This document shows, piece by piece, positions 32,505 through 41,581 of a DNA stretch of 56,512 nucleotides. A program made the position numbers and the translations under genes. Every line of letters starts with the position of its first letter. Within the stretch, counting starts at the first letter, position 1. The DNA lies in assembly GCA_040754655.1 (NCBI GenBank), contig JBFMCE010000007.1, positions 1-56,512 on the forward strand. Reading direction: 5' to 3'. Source of the stretch: Bdellovibrionota bacterium. Its GTDB lineage: Bacteria; Bdellovibrionota; UBA1018; UBA923. The notes below the pieces were generated by a model. It was given only the letters and a program-made list of their open reading frames with translations. It did no database searches and had not been told where the DNA came from.

Positions 32505-32970
32505 GTTCCACGGCTTGAAGCACCAGGTTTTTTCTCTGGTTCAGAGTAAGCTTAGCGGCTCATTGTAATCGTAGATGAGCTTGTTCACAGCTTAGATCAG
32601 CAGGTCCCAGACCTACAGCTCATTCCAGACTTCAGGTCAACTCGTTCCAAAGAAAGTTCAACTTGGTCCGAACTAAATTTATGCGTATCCAAAAAAACCA
32701 ACTTTCCAGCGCAGATTTTTGCATTTTATTATTGACGGTATTTCATCTCAAGTTGGATTTGTTTTTCGCAATCCTTCGTAGAATGCGTTTATTTTAAGCC
32801 TGATTGCTCGCTATTTCGTTTTCTCTAGCGGTTCTTCTTTTTAAAAGTCCAAATCCATTTTTCTTTCTTTAAGAGGCGATAGAGCCCTTCAAACAAGGGT
32901 GCTGATTGTCGTGTTATGGTTTTCAGCGCCTTTGTTGGTGCTAGGGCAAAGATAGGAGGGATAAATCAAA

Positions 32971-34026
32971 ATGAATCTAAACGCGACAGCAGATGTCTTG
33001 GACTTAAGAGAGCTTTCGGTGAAAAAACAAAGCCCTTTGGTAAAGAAGCCCGAATCAGAAAAGAGGGATTGCTTACCTGAGCTTACAAACAACGAGCTTC
33101 TCTTAGCAACCAAGAGAAGTGTTGAGCATGAGAGAGAGGCCATGATCGCAGTACTTGAGCATTTAAATGAGATCAAAAAAAGAAAAGTGCATCTTGAGCT
33201 GGGATACAGTTCATTGCATGAGTTTTGTGTGAATGAACTTAAATATAGCGATGGAGCCGCTTATAGAAGAATCTCCGCGCTACACCTCATTGGTGAATTA
33301 CCACAAGCAAAGGGTGCGTTAGAGAACGGAGTTCTCTCGCTTAGCAATGCGGCTACACTTCAGACTCATTTTAAGAAGAGCCAGATGCAGATAAATGCAA
33401 AAGAAGCCTTGCTTACGGCGGTGCAAGGTAAATCCAAGAGAGAATGCGAGAAGATTCTGTTTGCAGCAGCTCAAGCGCGAGGCTCAGAAGGGCATCACGG
33501 GTTGGCTGTCAACACTTTGACTAAGCTTGAGTTTCTTGCAGACCAAGCGCTCACCCAAGACCTGAAAAGACTCTCTGAGCTCTTAGCGATTCCCCAAACC
33601 GATCTCTCAGCCCTGATCAAACGCATTGCAAGGATTGCGCTTCAAGCGATCGATCCTGTACTTAAGAAAACGAGAAAGCCAGTAACAAGTTCAGCTGAAG
33701 ACCACGTCGCTAACCCTGCTACTGACGTGATACCTCAAGAACCTATCAAAGCTTCGCCGGTGAAGCTGCGCTATATCCCCGCTTATCTTAAAAAACAGAT
33801 CTGGATTAGAGATCAGTCGCAATGCGCTTACACCCATCCCGAAAGCAAGCGCAGATGCACTTCGAGGTTCAGACTCGAAATCGATCACATCAAGCCCGTT
33901 GCTCACGGGGGAAGATCAACCCTAGAGAACTTAAGACTGCTTTGCTTTCATCACAACCAATACGCTGCAGAGGAAATTCTTGGAAAGGCCGTAATGGAGC
34001 GGCATCGAATCAAAACAAAACCTTGA
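32971..34026 (+). CDS. HNH endonuclease with helical N-terminal domain (DUF222-like architecture)
   Basis: RBS AGGAGG; N-terminal LEHLNEIKKRKVHLELGYSSLHEFCVNELKYSDGAAYRRI; C-terminal YIP..LK.QIWIRD..QC…RC…LEIDHIKP..GG….NLRLLC.HHN. Confidence 0.9.
   Translation: MNLNATADVLDLRELSVKKQSPLVKKPESEKRDCLPELTNNELLLATKRSVEHEREAMIAVLEHLNEIKKRKVHLELGYSSLHEFCVNELKYSDGAAYRRISALHLIGELPQAKGALENGVLSLSNAATLQTHFKKSQMQINAKEALLTAVQGKSKRECEKILFAAAQARGSEGHHGLAVNTLTKLEFLADQALTQDLKRLSELLAIPQTDLSALIKRIARIALQAIDPVLKKTRKPVTSSAEDHVANPATDVIPQEPIKASPVKLRYIPAYLKKQIWIRDQSQCAYTHPESKRRCTSRFRLEIDHIKPVAHGGRSTLENLRLLCFHHNQYAAEEILGKAVMERHRIKTKP
33746..33767. repeat. Internal copy of the upstream palindrome within the HNH gene
   Basis: TCAAAGCTTCGCCGGTGAAGCT matches 32480-32501 at 21/22 positions. 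Confidence 0.9.
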
Positions 34027-34251
34027 TTCACCATCACACTTCTAGAAACCAAAGCCCAAGCACCAAAAGGTGAAACCTGGGCCAAGATCTTTGTCCCAGT
34101 CGGCATTGGGATCGCGAGAGGGGCTTAAAACCGCGGAAAAACCTCTAACTACCACACTCAACGCCTAAAGATTCAACTGAGTATCATAAAGTCGCTCGTT
34201 CACGTATTAATTCTTGAAAAAAACAGTCTGTTTTGAGAAAAACCTCCCACC

Positions 34252-36915
34252 ATGGCTATCCCAAAATCACCGATGACCGCTGCACAGATACGCGCCGAAT
34301 TCTTGAAATTCTTTGAAAAAAATGGGCATACGATCGTTGAATCTTCCTCTCTCGTTCCGCAAAACGATCCCACCCTGCTATTCACGAACGCGGGCATGGT
34401 GCAATTCAAAGACGTTTTCTTAGGCACCGATCCACGGCCTTATAGAAGAGCGACGACTTCTCAAAAATGCGTGCGCGCCGGCGGCAAGCACAATGACCTT
34501 GAAAACGTGGGCTTCACCGCGCGCCACCATACCTTTTTTGAAATGCTGGGGAACTTCTCATTCGGGGATTATTTCAAAAAAGACGCCATCCGTTTTGCAT
34601 GGGAGTTTATCACCCAGAACCTGGGCATCGATAAAAAACTGCTCTACGTCACCGTATACAAAGATGACGATGAAGCCGCGGAGATCTGGGAAAAACAGGA
34701 AAACATCCCGAAAGAACGCATTTATCGATTTGGTGAAAAAGACAACTTCTGGGCCATGGGTGACACTGGACCGTGCGGCCCCTGTTCAGAGATCTTCGTA
34801 GACCGCGGCGAAAAATATGGCTGTGGAAAATCTTCCTGCGCCGTAGGCTGCGACTGCGACCGGTTCATGGAGATCTGGAACTTGGTGTTTATGCAGTTTG
34901 AACGCTCAAAAGACGGCAAACTCACCCCGCTTCCAAAACCCAGCATCGATACCGGCATGGGACTGGAGCGCGTGGCTTCAGTGGTTCAGAACGTTGCGAC
35001 CAACTATGACACCGACCTCTTTCAGGACTTGATCACGTCGATCGGCGATCTGGCAAAGGTGAAATACGGGAAGAGTGAGAAGATAGATGTTTCTCTTCGC
35101 GTCGTCGCCGACCACTGCCGCGCGACAAACTTTCTTATTGCAGATGGTGTTCTGCCGTCGAACGAAGGACGCGGATATGTTTTGCGCCGAATCATGCGCA
35201 GAGCGATTCGCCACGGAAGAAACCTAGGATTTCGGGAACCTTTCTTTTTCAAATTGACCCAATCCCTGATTCGCCTCATGGGTGATGCTTATCCAGAACT
35301 CAAAGACAAACGAGAGTATCTCGAATCCACGATCAAACTCGAAGAAGAACGCTTTTTGACCACACTCGACAACGGCATGCGCATTCTTGAAGACGAGATG
35401 GCAAAGGCTAAAAACAAGACGCTATCGGGTGAAGTGGCCTTTAAACTTTACGACACCTACGGATTTCCCCTGGACCTGACGCAAGTGATCGCTCGTGAAA
35501 ACCAACTGAGCGTCGACGAACCCGCGTTTCAACGCGCCATGGAAGCCCAACGCGAAAGATCCCGGGAAAACTGGAAAGGCTCAGGCGAAGAAGCCGTAGG
35601 TGAAGTGTACAAACAGTTGCAACAAAAGGGCCTGAAATCAACCTTCCGAGGGTATGATGCTTTGGGTTGCGATGGAAAGGTCCTGGCGATCGTCGAGGAA
35701 GGAAAACCTGTCGAAAAAACCTCGACGGCAGACTTTCAATTGATCGTGGATCAAACCCCATTCTACGCCGAATCCGGCGGCCAGATCGGAGATCAAGGCG
35801 AAATCACCACGGCCTCAGGAGTGAAAGCTAAAGTCGCCGATGTGAAAAAGCCGACCGGTGATTTCATCGTCATTCATTGCACGGAAGCTCAAGGACAACT
35901 CAAGGTCGGTGAGCTCATCCAACAAAACACCAATCGCGCATTGAGGGCACTGACGGCCAAAAACCACACCGCCACTCACATGCTCCACCATGCACTCAGG
36001 AAATTCTTAGGCCCTCATGTGAAACAAGCGGGTTCGCTCGTCAGCGCTGAACTTTTGCGTTTTGACTTCACCCATCCCAAACCCCTGACCGAGGAAGAAA
36101 TCGAGCGCATTGAAGACTTCATCAATGAAAGCATTTCGCAAGCGGAAGCCGTCCAGTCAGAAGAGACTGACAAAGAAAAGGCTTTGGCTAAAGGAGCCAT
36201 CGCTTTTTTTGGCGACAAGTATGGATCTCGTGTTCGCGTGATCTCGGTCGGCGATTATTCGGTCGAGTTGTGCGGCGGAACTCATGTTCGAAACACGGCC
36301 GACATCCAAATGTTCAAGATCGTAAATGAAAACGGCATTGCTTCAGGGGTGAGGCGCATCATCGCCGTCACCGGACCCGCGGTGTTGGGTTTGCTCCGAG
36401 AAAAAGAAAAGCACCTCAAGAACATCATGCGCACGTTGCGCGCCTCCGCTCCGGCCGAAGTACCAGCGAAGATCGAAAAACTTCAGGCTACCGAACGCGA
36501 GCTGCGCAAGGCGCTCGAAAGCCAAAGTCGCAAGAGCGCATCCAACGAACTTGACCGTTGGATCGCCGAGGCCATCAACGTCAACGGAGCGAAACTGATT
36601 CGGGCCGTGGTGCAATTGAACGATGGCGAAAACGCAGCGAAGTCTCTGCGAGACCTGGCCGATCTGATTCGCTCGAAAGTTCAGAAATCAGTAGTCGCTT
36701 TGGCGGCAAAAGACAGCGCAAAAAACCAAAGCGTTTTACTGGTCGCCGTGACGAAGGATTTGAGCGAGAAATACAAGGCGAATGAAATCATCAAACAAGT
36801 GGCGCCTATCTTGGAAGGTTCAGGCGGAGGAAAACCTGATCTCGCTCAAGCAGGCGGTAAAAACGAGAACTTCAACGAAGCGTTTACGGCTATTCAAAAT
36901 CTTCTGATCCCTTAA
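34252..36915 (+). CDS. alaS: Alanine--tRNA ligase
   Basis: DPTLLFTNAGMVQFK, RHHTFFEMLGNFSFGDYFK, EIWNLVFMQ, DTGMGLER, editing NHTATH and ELCGGTH, GGGKPDLAQAGG. Confidence 0.99.
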   Translation: MAIPKSPMTAAQIRAEFLKFFEKNGHTIVESSSLVPQNDPTLLFTNAGMVQFKDVFLGTDPRPYRRATTSQKCVRAGGKHNDLENVGFTARHHTFFEMLGNFSFGDYFKKDAIRFAWEFITQNLGIDKKLLYVTVYKDDDEAAEIWEKQENIPKERIYRFGEKDNFWAMGDTGPCGPCSEIFVDRGEKYGCGKSSCAVGCDCDRFMEIWNLVFMQFERSKDGKLTPLPKPSIDTGMGLERVASVVQNVATNYDTDLFQDLITSIGDLAKVKYGKSEKIDVSLRVVADHCRATNFLIADGVLPSNEGRGYVLRRIMRRAIRHGRNLGFREPFFFKLTQSLIRLMGDAYPELKDKREYLESTIKLEEERFLTTLDNGMRILEDEMAKAKNKTLSGEVAFKLYDTYGFPLDLTQVIARENQLSVDEPAFQRAMEAQRERSRENWKGSGEEAVGEVYKQLQQKGLKSTFRGYDALGCDGKVLAIVEEGKPVEKTSTADFQLIVDQTPFYAESGGQIGDQGEITTASGVKAKVADVKKPTGDFIVIHCTEAQGQLKVGELIQQNTNRALRALTAKNHTATHMLHHALRKFLGPHVKQAGSLVSAELLRFDFTHPKPLTEEEIERIEDFINESISQAEAVQSEETDKEKALAKGAIAFFGDKYGSRVRVISVGDYSVELCGGTHVRNTADIQMFKIVNENGIASGVRRIIAVTGPAVLGLLREKEKHLKNIMRTLRASAPAEVPAKIEKLQATERELRKALESQSRKSASNELDRWIAEAINVNGAKLIRAVVQLNDGENAAKSLRDLADLIRSKVQKSVVALAAKDSAKNQSVLLVAVTKDLSEKYKANEIIKQVAPILEGSGGGKPDLAQAGGKNENFNEAFTAIQNLLIP

Positions 36916-36931
36916 GGAGGCCCCTATTATT

Positions 36932-38710
36932 ATGAAGTCGCATTCGAAACTTATCCTAGCCAGCGTGGTTATGACCGCCGTCGCATTTCTACCCGCGTGC
37001 ACGAAATCTTCAAACGACGCAAAAGGCAAGGTCTTGCAGATCATCTTGAAAGACAATGCGAAGACGGCCGATCCCAATAATGCTTCCGATATCGTGAGCG
37101 CCGAGGTGATCTACCAAGTTTACGAGCCCCTTTATCAATACAACTACTTCAGCGAAACCTACGACGTTGTTCCATTGACGGCCGACGGAATGCCCGAATT
37201 TTCAAAAGATGGATTGACCGTGAAGGTGAAACTGAAGAAGGGCATTCGTTTCCAAGACGATCCTTGTTTCAAAGCGACGAATGGAAAAGGACGCGAACTC
37301 AAAGCTCAAGACTATATCTATTCATGGAAAAGATCGGCCAATCCGGCGACAGAACCCCAAGGCTTCTGGATCTGGGAAGGCAAGATCGTAGGCCTTGATG
37401 AGTTCAGCAAGAAGTTCGCTGCGAATAAAGATGCTGATGCCGTCATGAACGAAGAGATCGAGGGCATGAAGGCGCTTGATGACTACACGATCCAACTGAA
37501 ACTCACCCGCCCCTACCCACAACTGATGTACGCGTTGACGATGAGTTATGCGGCGCCGATACCTAAAGAGGCGGTCGATTTTCATGGGAAAGACCTCACA
37601 AACCATCCTGTGGGAACCGGTCCTTTCAAGGTAGTTTCGTACGACCCGACTTCGAAGATCGTCATGACTAGAAACGAGAACTTTCGTGACGAGTTTTTCC
37701 CAGACGCGAGCATGCTTTCGCCAAAATACAAAGGCATGGCGGCATATGCCGGAAAGAAACTTCCTCTCGTCGACGGAATCGAATTTCACATCGTGAAAGA
37801 AGAACAACCGAGATGGCTTGGCTTCCTGAAGGGCAAGTATGACCAGCTTGAACTTCCCAAAGACAACTATGACGCCGCAATCCACAATAAAACCGACGTA
37901 AAACCTGAGCTCAAGGAAAAAGGCATTTTCGTGAGCATTGAGCCTGGTTTTCACTTTTGGTGGGTGGGCATCAATACCAAAGACAAGCTCTTGGGCTCGA
38001 ACAAGTATTTGAGGCAAGCCATCGCCAGCGCCATCAACGGCGAACAATGGTTGAAGCTTTTCAAAAACGGGCGTGGAAGCGTTCAAACGGAACTCAGCCC
38101 TTTGGGCGTGGTTGATCGCTGCGGAAAGCCGTACAAGCTCAGCTATAGCGTTGAGCGCGCCAAAGAGCTTCTGAAGAAAGCGGGCTACCCAAACGGCGAA
38201 GGCCTGCCAGTGATCAAGTACGATACTCGAAACAGCGACATGTCAGAACGCCAGTTGGCTGAATTCATCCAGAAGAGTTTGGGCGAGATCGGGATCAAGA
38301 TCGATGTGAACGTCAATCTCTTCCCGGCTTACCTCGATAAGATGAACAAGAAGAACCTGCAGCTGAGCAAAGGCGGATGGATCATGGACTACCCCGACGC
38401 CGAGAACAATTATCAGCTGTTCTACGGGCCCAATCAGGCTCCGGGACCCAATCTTTCGAACTTTGATCATCCCGAGTTCAATAAACTCTACGTGAAGATC
38501 GCCGCGATGAAGCCTAGTGCTGAACGCAAGAAGCTCATCTGCCGGGCGGAAGAGATCCTTCAAGAGGAAGCGCCAATGGCTTACGGTATCTATGAAGACC
38601 AATACCGCTTGGCTCAAGGCAGGTTGAAAAACTTCCACACTGCGGACTTCATTTACACGAAGTGGAAGTTTGTTGACCTTGAGTCATCAAAAGACGGCGA
38701 CGCAAAGTAG
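36932..38710 (+). CDS. Family 5 (oligopeptide/dipeptide-type) ABC substrate-binding lipoprotein
   Basis: Lipobox LPAC, VYEPLYQY, PVGTGPF, LRQAIASAI, ELLKKAGYP, GWIMDYPDAEN; RBS AAGGAGG. Confidence 0.9.
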   Translation: MKSHSKLILASVVMTAVAFLPACTKSSNDAKGKVLQIILKDNAKTADPNNASDIVSAEVIYQVYEPLYQYNYFSETYDVVPLTADGMPEFSKDGLTVKVKLKKGIRFQDDPCFKATNGKGRELKAQDYIYSWKRSANPATEPQGFWIWEGKIVGLDEFSKKFAANKDADAVMNEEIEGMKALDDYTIQLKLTRPYPQLMYALTMSYAAPIPKEAVDFHGKDLTNHPVGTGPFKVVSYDPTSKIVMTRNENFRDEFFPDASMLSPKYKGMAAYAGKKLPLVDGIEFHIVKEEQPRWLGFLKGKYDQLELPKDNYDAAIHNKTDVKPELKEKGIFVSIEPGFHFWWVGINTKDKLLGSNKYLRQAIASAINGEQWLKLFKNGRGSVQTELSPLGVVDRCGKPYKLSYSVERAKELLKKAGYPNGEGLPVIKYDTRNSDMSERQLAEFIQKSLGEIGIKIDVNVNLFPAYLDKMNKKNLQLSKGGWIMDYPDAENNYQLFYGPNQAPGPNLSNFDHPEFNKLYVKIAAMKPSAERKKLICRAEEILQEEAPMAYGIYEDQYRLAQGRLKNFHTADFIYTKWKFVDLESSKDGDAK

Positions 38711-38720
38711 CGGTAAGGGT

Positions 38721-39686
38721 TCAGGCGGCGAGTTTTTTCTTGTCGCCAAACAGCCCTGACAAGAGTTTGACCAAATCACGGTCATACTTGCCAGACTCAT
38801 GTTGGATGATGCCGAGAGCTTGCTCGATCGTATAGGCCTCGCGAAATGGCCGTTTCGTGATCAACGCACAAAACGTATCTGCCAATCCCACGATCTTTGC
38901 GGGATAGAAAATAACAGGACCACGCAACCCCCCAGGGTATCCTGATCCGCTGGGTTCCTCGTGGTGTTGAAAAATAATGTATCGCACTTCATCAGGAATG
39001 TTGGGCGTGCTCTCAACCATTTTCAAACCAAGCTTTGGATGAGAGCGCATCTCACGCCACTGAAGCGCAGTGAGCTCATTCGGGGAATCGACGACCTCTT
39101 TTGGCAACAAAGTGAGACCTACGTCGTGTAAAAATCCCCCAAGACCGCAGATCTCGAGCATCCGCGCATTCGCTTGCCCAGACGCCTTTGCCAAAAACAT
39201 GCTCACGACGGCCACCGAAATTGAATGGTAATACAGATACTCGCCGTGGCTGGCCGTTTTCAAAAGAGTGGCCAAAGTCTTTGGATTGTCGCTCATCAGC
39301 TTGATGAAATTCTTGATGACCTTTGAACTCGTCGCGGCCGCCTCGTCACTGACCCTGATCACGTTGAAGAGTTCCGAAATATTCTGCTCGGCCATATTGA
39401 GAAGGATCGAAACTTTCTTCGAATCCGGAACCTTCGGGTCCATGAACGTGCGTTCAGGCGAGCGTAGGAGGTACTCTTTGAATAATACCTCATCCTCGGC
39501 GCGCACATAGAGATGGGTGACGCCCTTGTGGATATACTGGGCAAGCCGCTTGTAGTCGACGCCCGAGCTTTTCGAAAAGACGTGCGCGTAATTCTCATCG
39601 CCAAGCTTCAGATAAACATCGAAGGTGATGTCTTTTGCGAGCACTCGGAAGGTACGAATATCGACTGGGAAAAAATTGCCTGCCAT
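38721..39686 (-). CDS. HD-GYP cyclic di-GMP phosphodiesterase
   Basis: YHSISV, LHDVG, RSHP, HHE..GSGYP.GLRG, ADTFCAL..RPFR. Confidence 0.9.
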   Translation of the reverse strand: MAGNFFPVDIRTFRVLAKDITFDVYLKLGDENYAHVFSKSSGVDYKRLAQYIHKGVTHLYVRAEDEVLFKEYLLRSPERTFMDPKVPDSKKVSILLNMAEQNISELFNVIRVSDEAAATSSKVIKNFIKLMSDNPKTLATLLKTASHGEYLYYHSISVAVVSMFLAKASGQANARMLEICGLGGFLHDVGLTLLPKEVVDSPNELTALQWREMRSHPKLGLKMVESTPNIPDEVRYIIFQHHEEPSGSGYPGGLRGPVIFYPAKIVGLADTFCALITKRPFREAYTIEQALGIIQHESGKYDRDLVKLLSGLFGDKKKLAA

Positions 39687-39770
39687 ACGTTTGAGTTCGG
39701 CTCCCTTACTTCTTTCTTCTCGGGATATGCCAAAAAATACCTTAGAAGCAACGTCCCGGAGCTAGGCCAT

Positions 39771-39797
39771 TAAGTTTTTCCAGAAGCCTGACGATCT
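39771..39797 (+). promoter_or_regulatory. Candidate sigma28/FliA promoter
   Basis: TAAG-N15-GACGATCT (TAAGTTTT extended -35), 7 nt before the GTG at 39805. Confidence 0.45.
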
Positions 39798-39804
39798 AAA
39801 GTTC

Positions 39805-40212
39805 GTGAGAAGCGGATTTAAGATTTCTGCATTTCTGGCGTTTCTATCGTTGTTGCTCGCCGTGAACCGAGCCACAGGCTCAGACTTCATCGTGACTTCA
39901 GTAATTCGCGACTTTCCCATGAAAAGCGGGGAAAGCCTTCAGAAAGACTTCTACATCAACGCCGGAACGAACAACGGCCTAAGAAAGGGCGCCTTCGTCG
40001 ACGCCATCCGGCGGTTGCCCGCGTTCGACAACATCAACAGCAAGCTTGCCGGCGATACCGGCATTCGCATTGCGCGGCTGAAAATCATCCATATCGATAA
40101 AAATTACAGCGTGGCCAGGCTCGTGAAGTTTTATGAGAAAGAAACCACGCCTCTGGTCGGTTACGATTCGGTGATGATCGGCGATTTCATCGTGGTCTCG
40201 GAAAGACAATAG
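39805..40212 (+). CDS. Small exported protein (FlgT C-terminal-like beta domain)
   Basis: Signal peptide; FYINAGTNNGLRKG…IARLKIIHIDKNYSVAR…IGD pattern. Confidence 0.6.
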   Translation: MRSGFKISAFLAFLSLLLAVNRATGSDFIVTSVIRDFPMKSGESLQKDFYINAGTNNGLRKGAFVDAIRRLPAFDNINSKLAGDTGIRIARLKIIHIDKNYSVARLVKFYEKETTPLVGYDSVMIGDFIVVSERQ

Positions 40213-41470
40213 AGCTTGGGGCCTCGCCTTTCTTTTCATAACTTAGAACGCTGCCCTTCTCGTCTAATTCAACCCTATCGAATAAATCACCTCGAACAGA
40301 ACTAAGGAACCCTTCATTTTGAGGATTGCGCGCGGATTTGAGGACCCTGCCCTTGATCTTGCCGTTTTGAGTGCACAAGAAACAGGCATCAAGCCCTTTC
40401 TCATGCATCATTTGGCTCACGACGCGAACGCCAGCAGAAGGCCATTCCTTGATGGATGGATGATTGCCCACTGAGCAAACAAGGTAAGAAAAAAGCAAAC
40501 TCTCTTTCCTAAGGCCCGCCTCAGCCCCGATGTCATTGAGCCACCCTGGAAACTCGCATTCGACTTCTTCATGACACCAGTCACCGGGCTTTTGCAAAGC
40601 GCCGCACGGTCTGTCGCTCAAGCACGGCAACCAGACCTTTATCTGATCGTGTTGCAACAAAGCCCTTCTCAGCTCGAGCAATTCCCGCGAACTGTTCTGC
40701 GAGCCCGGTTCGATGAGGATTAGCCACACCGGATCGCCACTGGATTTTGAGAAACGCGCTAACTCATCAACAAGAGTAAGCATCTTTGCCGCTCGAACTT
40801 CGATTTCTGGTTCGAATTCAGCAATGCTGTTCATAAAACTCACGGCATGGGGCCGAATTCTCCTTACCTTCTCGATGACGCCCTCAAAACCGTCTCCCGA
40901 ACGAGCCGCCGAAAGTTTCTCCCAATGATTCACACCGCTGACAGACTCACCGCTCGCAACAAGGCTTTGCCGCAAAGCCACCGAAAGCTTCTGGCCCAGA
41001 TCCAAGAAGTGCTTCGATTGATCAACGCCCCAGAACTCAAAATTCAACCGGTAACGGCTTGCCCACCACTCAAGGCCCCAGTAAACCGTTCCCGGTCCCG
41101 TGCCGAAATCGACCCACCTCAGCGGAGCATTGCCCAACTCAAGGCCCAGCAATTTCATTTCTTCGAGAACGAGCGGCAGTTTGAGAAGATTCGCCGGCAA
41201 ATAATAGGCCGCATAAGTTTGGGCGAATTTCTCATCAATGGAATAATGCTTCTCTTGAGCTTGGCCCCTTTGTTTTGCCAACTTTGGCCAAAGCTGCTTA
41301 AGCGCCAGGGCTTTGCTTTTGAAATCCGGTTTATAAGGACTTTCCCCATTCCAAAAAAAACGGACCAAAGCTTGATCAAGCACTGGCGGAAAAAAAATCT
41401 TTTCAGGCACGTGAAACATGGTTGAAGCGCTTCTATCACAGAACCAGCGGTTCAAGATAGGGCTGCTCAC
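40187..41470 (-). CDS. Rsm22/METTL17-like SAM-dependent methyltransferase (likely start 41419)
   Basis: YAAYYLPAN, VDFGTGPGT motif I, LILIEPG, LPC….PC……WCH, FSYL, later C..C. Confidence 0.82.
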   Translation of the reverse strand: MSSPILNRWFCDRSASTMFHVPEKIFFPPVLDQALVRFFWNGESPYKPDFKSKALALKQLWPKLAKQRGQAQEKHYSIDEKFAQTYAAYYLPANLLKLPLVLEEMKLLGLELGNAPLRWVDFGTGPGTVYWGLEWWASRYRLNFEFWGVDQSKHFLDLGQKLSVALRQSLVASGESVSGVNHWEKLSAARSGDGFEGVIEKVRRIRPHAVSFMNSIAEFEPEIEVRAAKMLTLVDELARFSKSSGDPVWLILIEPGSQNSSRELLELRRALLQHDQIKVWLPCLSDRPCGALQKPGDWCHEEVECEFPGWLNDIGAEAGLRKESLLFSYLVCSVGNHPSIKEWPSAGVRVVSQMMHEKGLDACFLCTQNGKIKGRVLKSARNPQNEGFLSSVRGDLFDRVELDEKGSVLSYEKKGEAPSSIVFPRPR

Positions 41471-41581
41471 AGCCGACCAGAGGGGGTAGCGGGTCGTCTA
41501 TAGGACTGTTTCCGCCGCAAGAAATACTAGCTCGGAAAAAGCCAATCTTGCAGACGACCCGCTATTACACGCCAATGAAAA

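Noticed and set aside
32380..32720. Possible CRISPR array in the long intergenic region
   Set aside because: No identical 23-47-bp repeats with unique spacers and no cas genes; only short degenerate repeats.
32971..34026. IscB/Cas9-like or TnpB identity for the HNH protein
   Set aside because: No RuvC motifs or PLMP N-terminus recognised; the HNH domain is at the extreme C-terminus.
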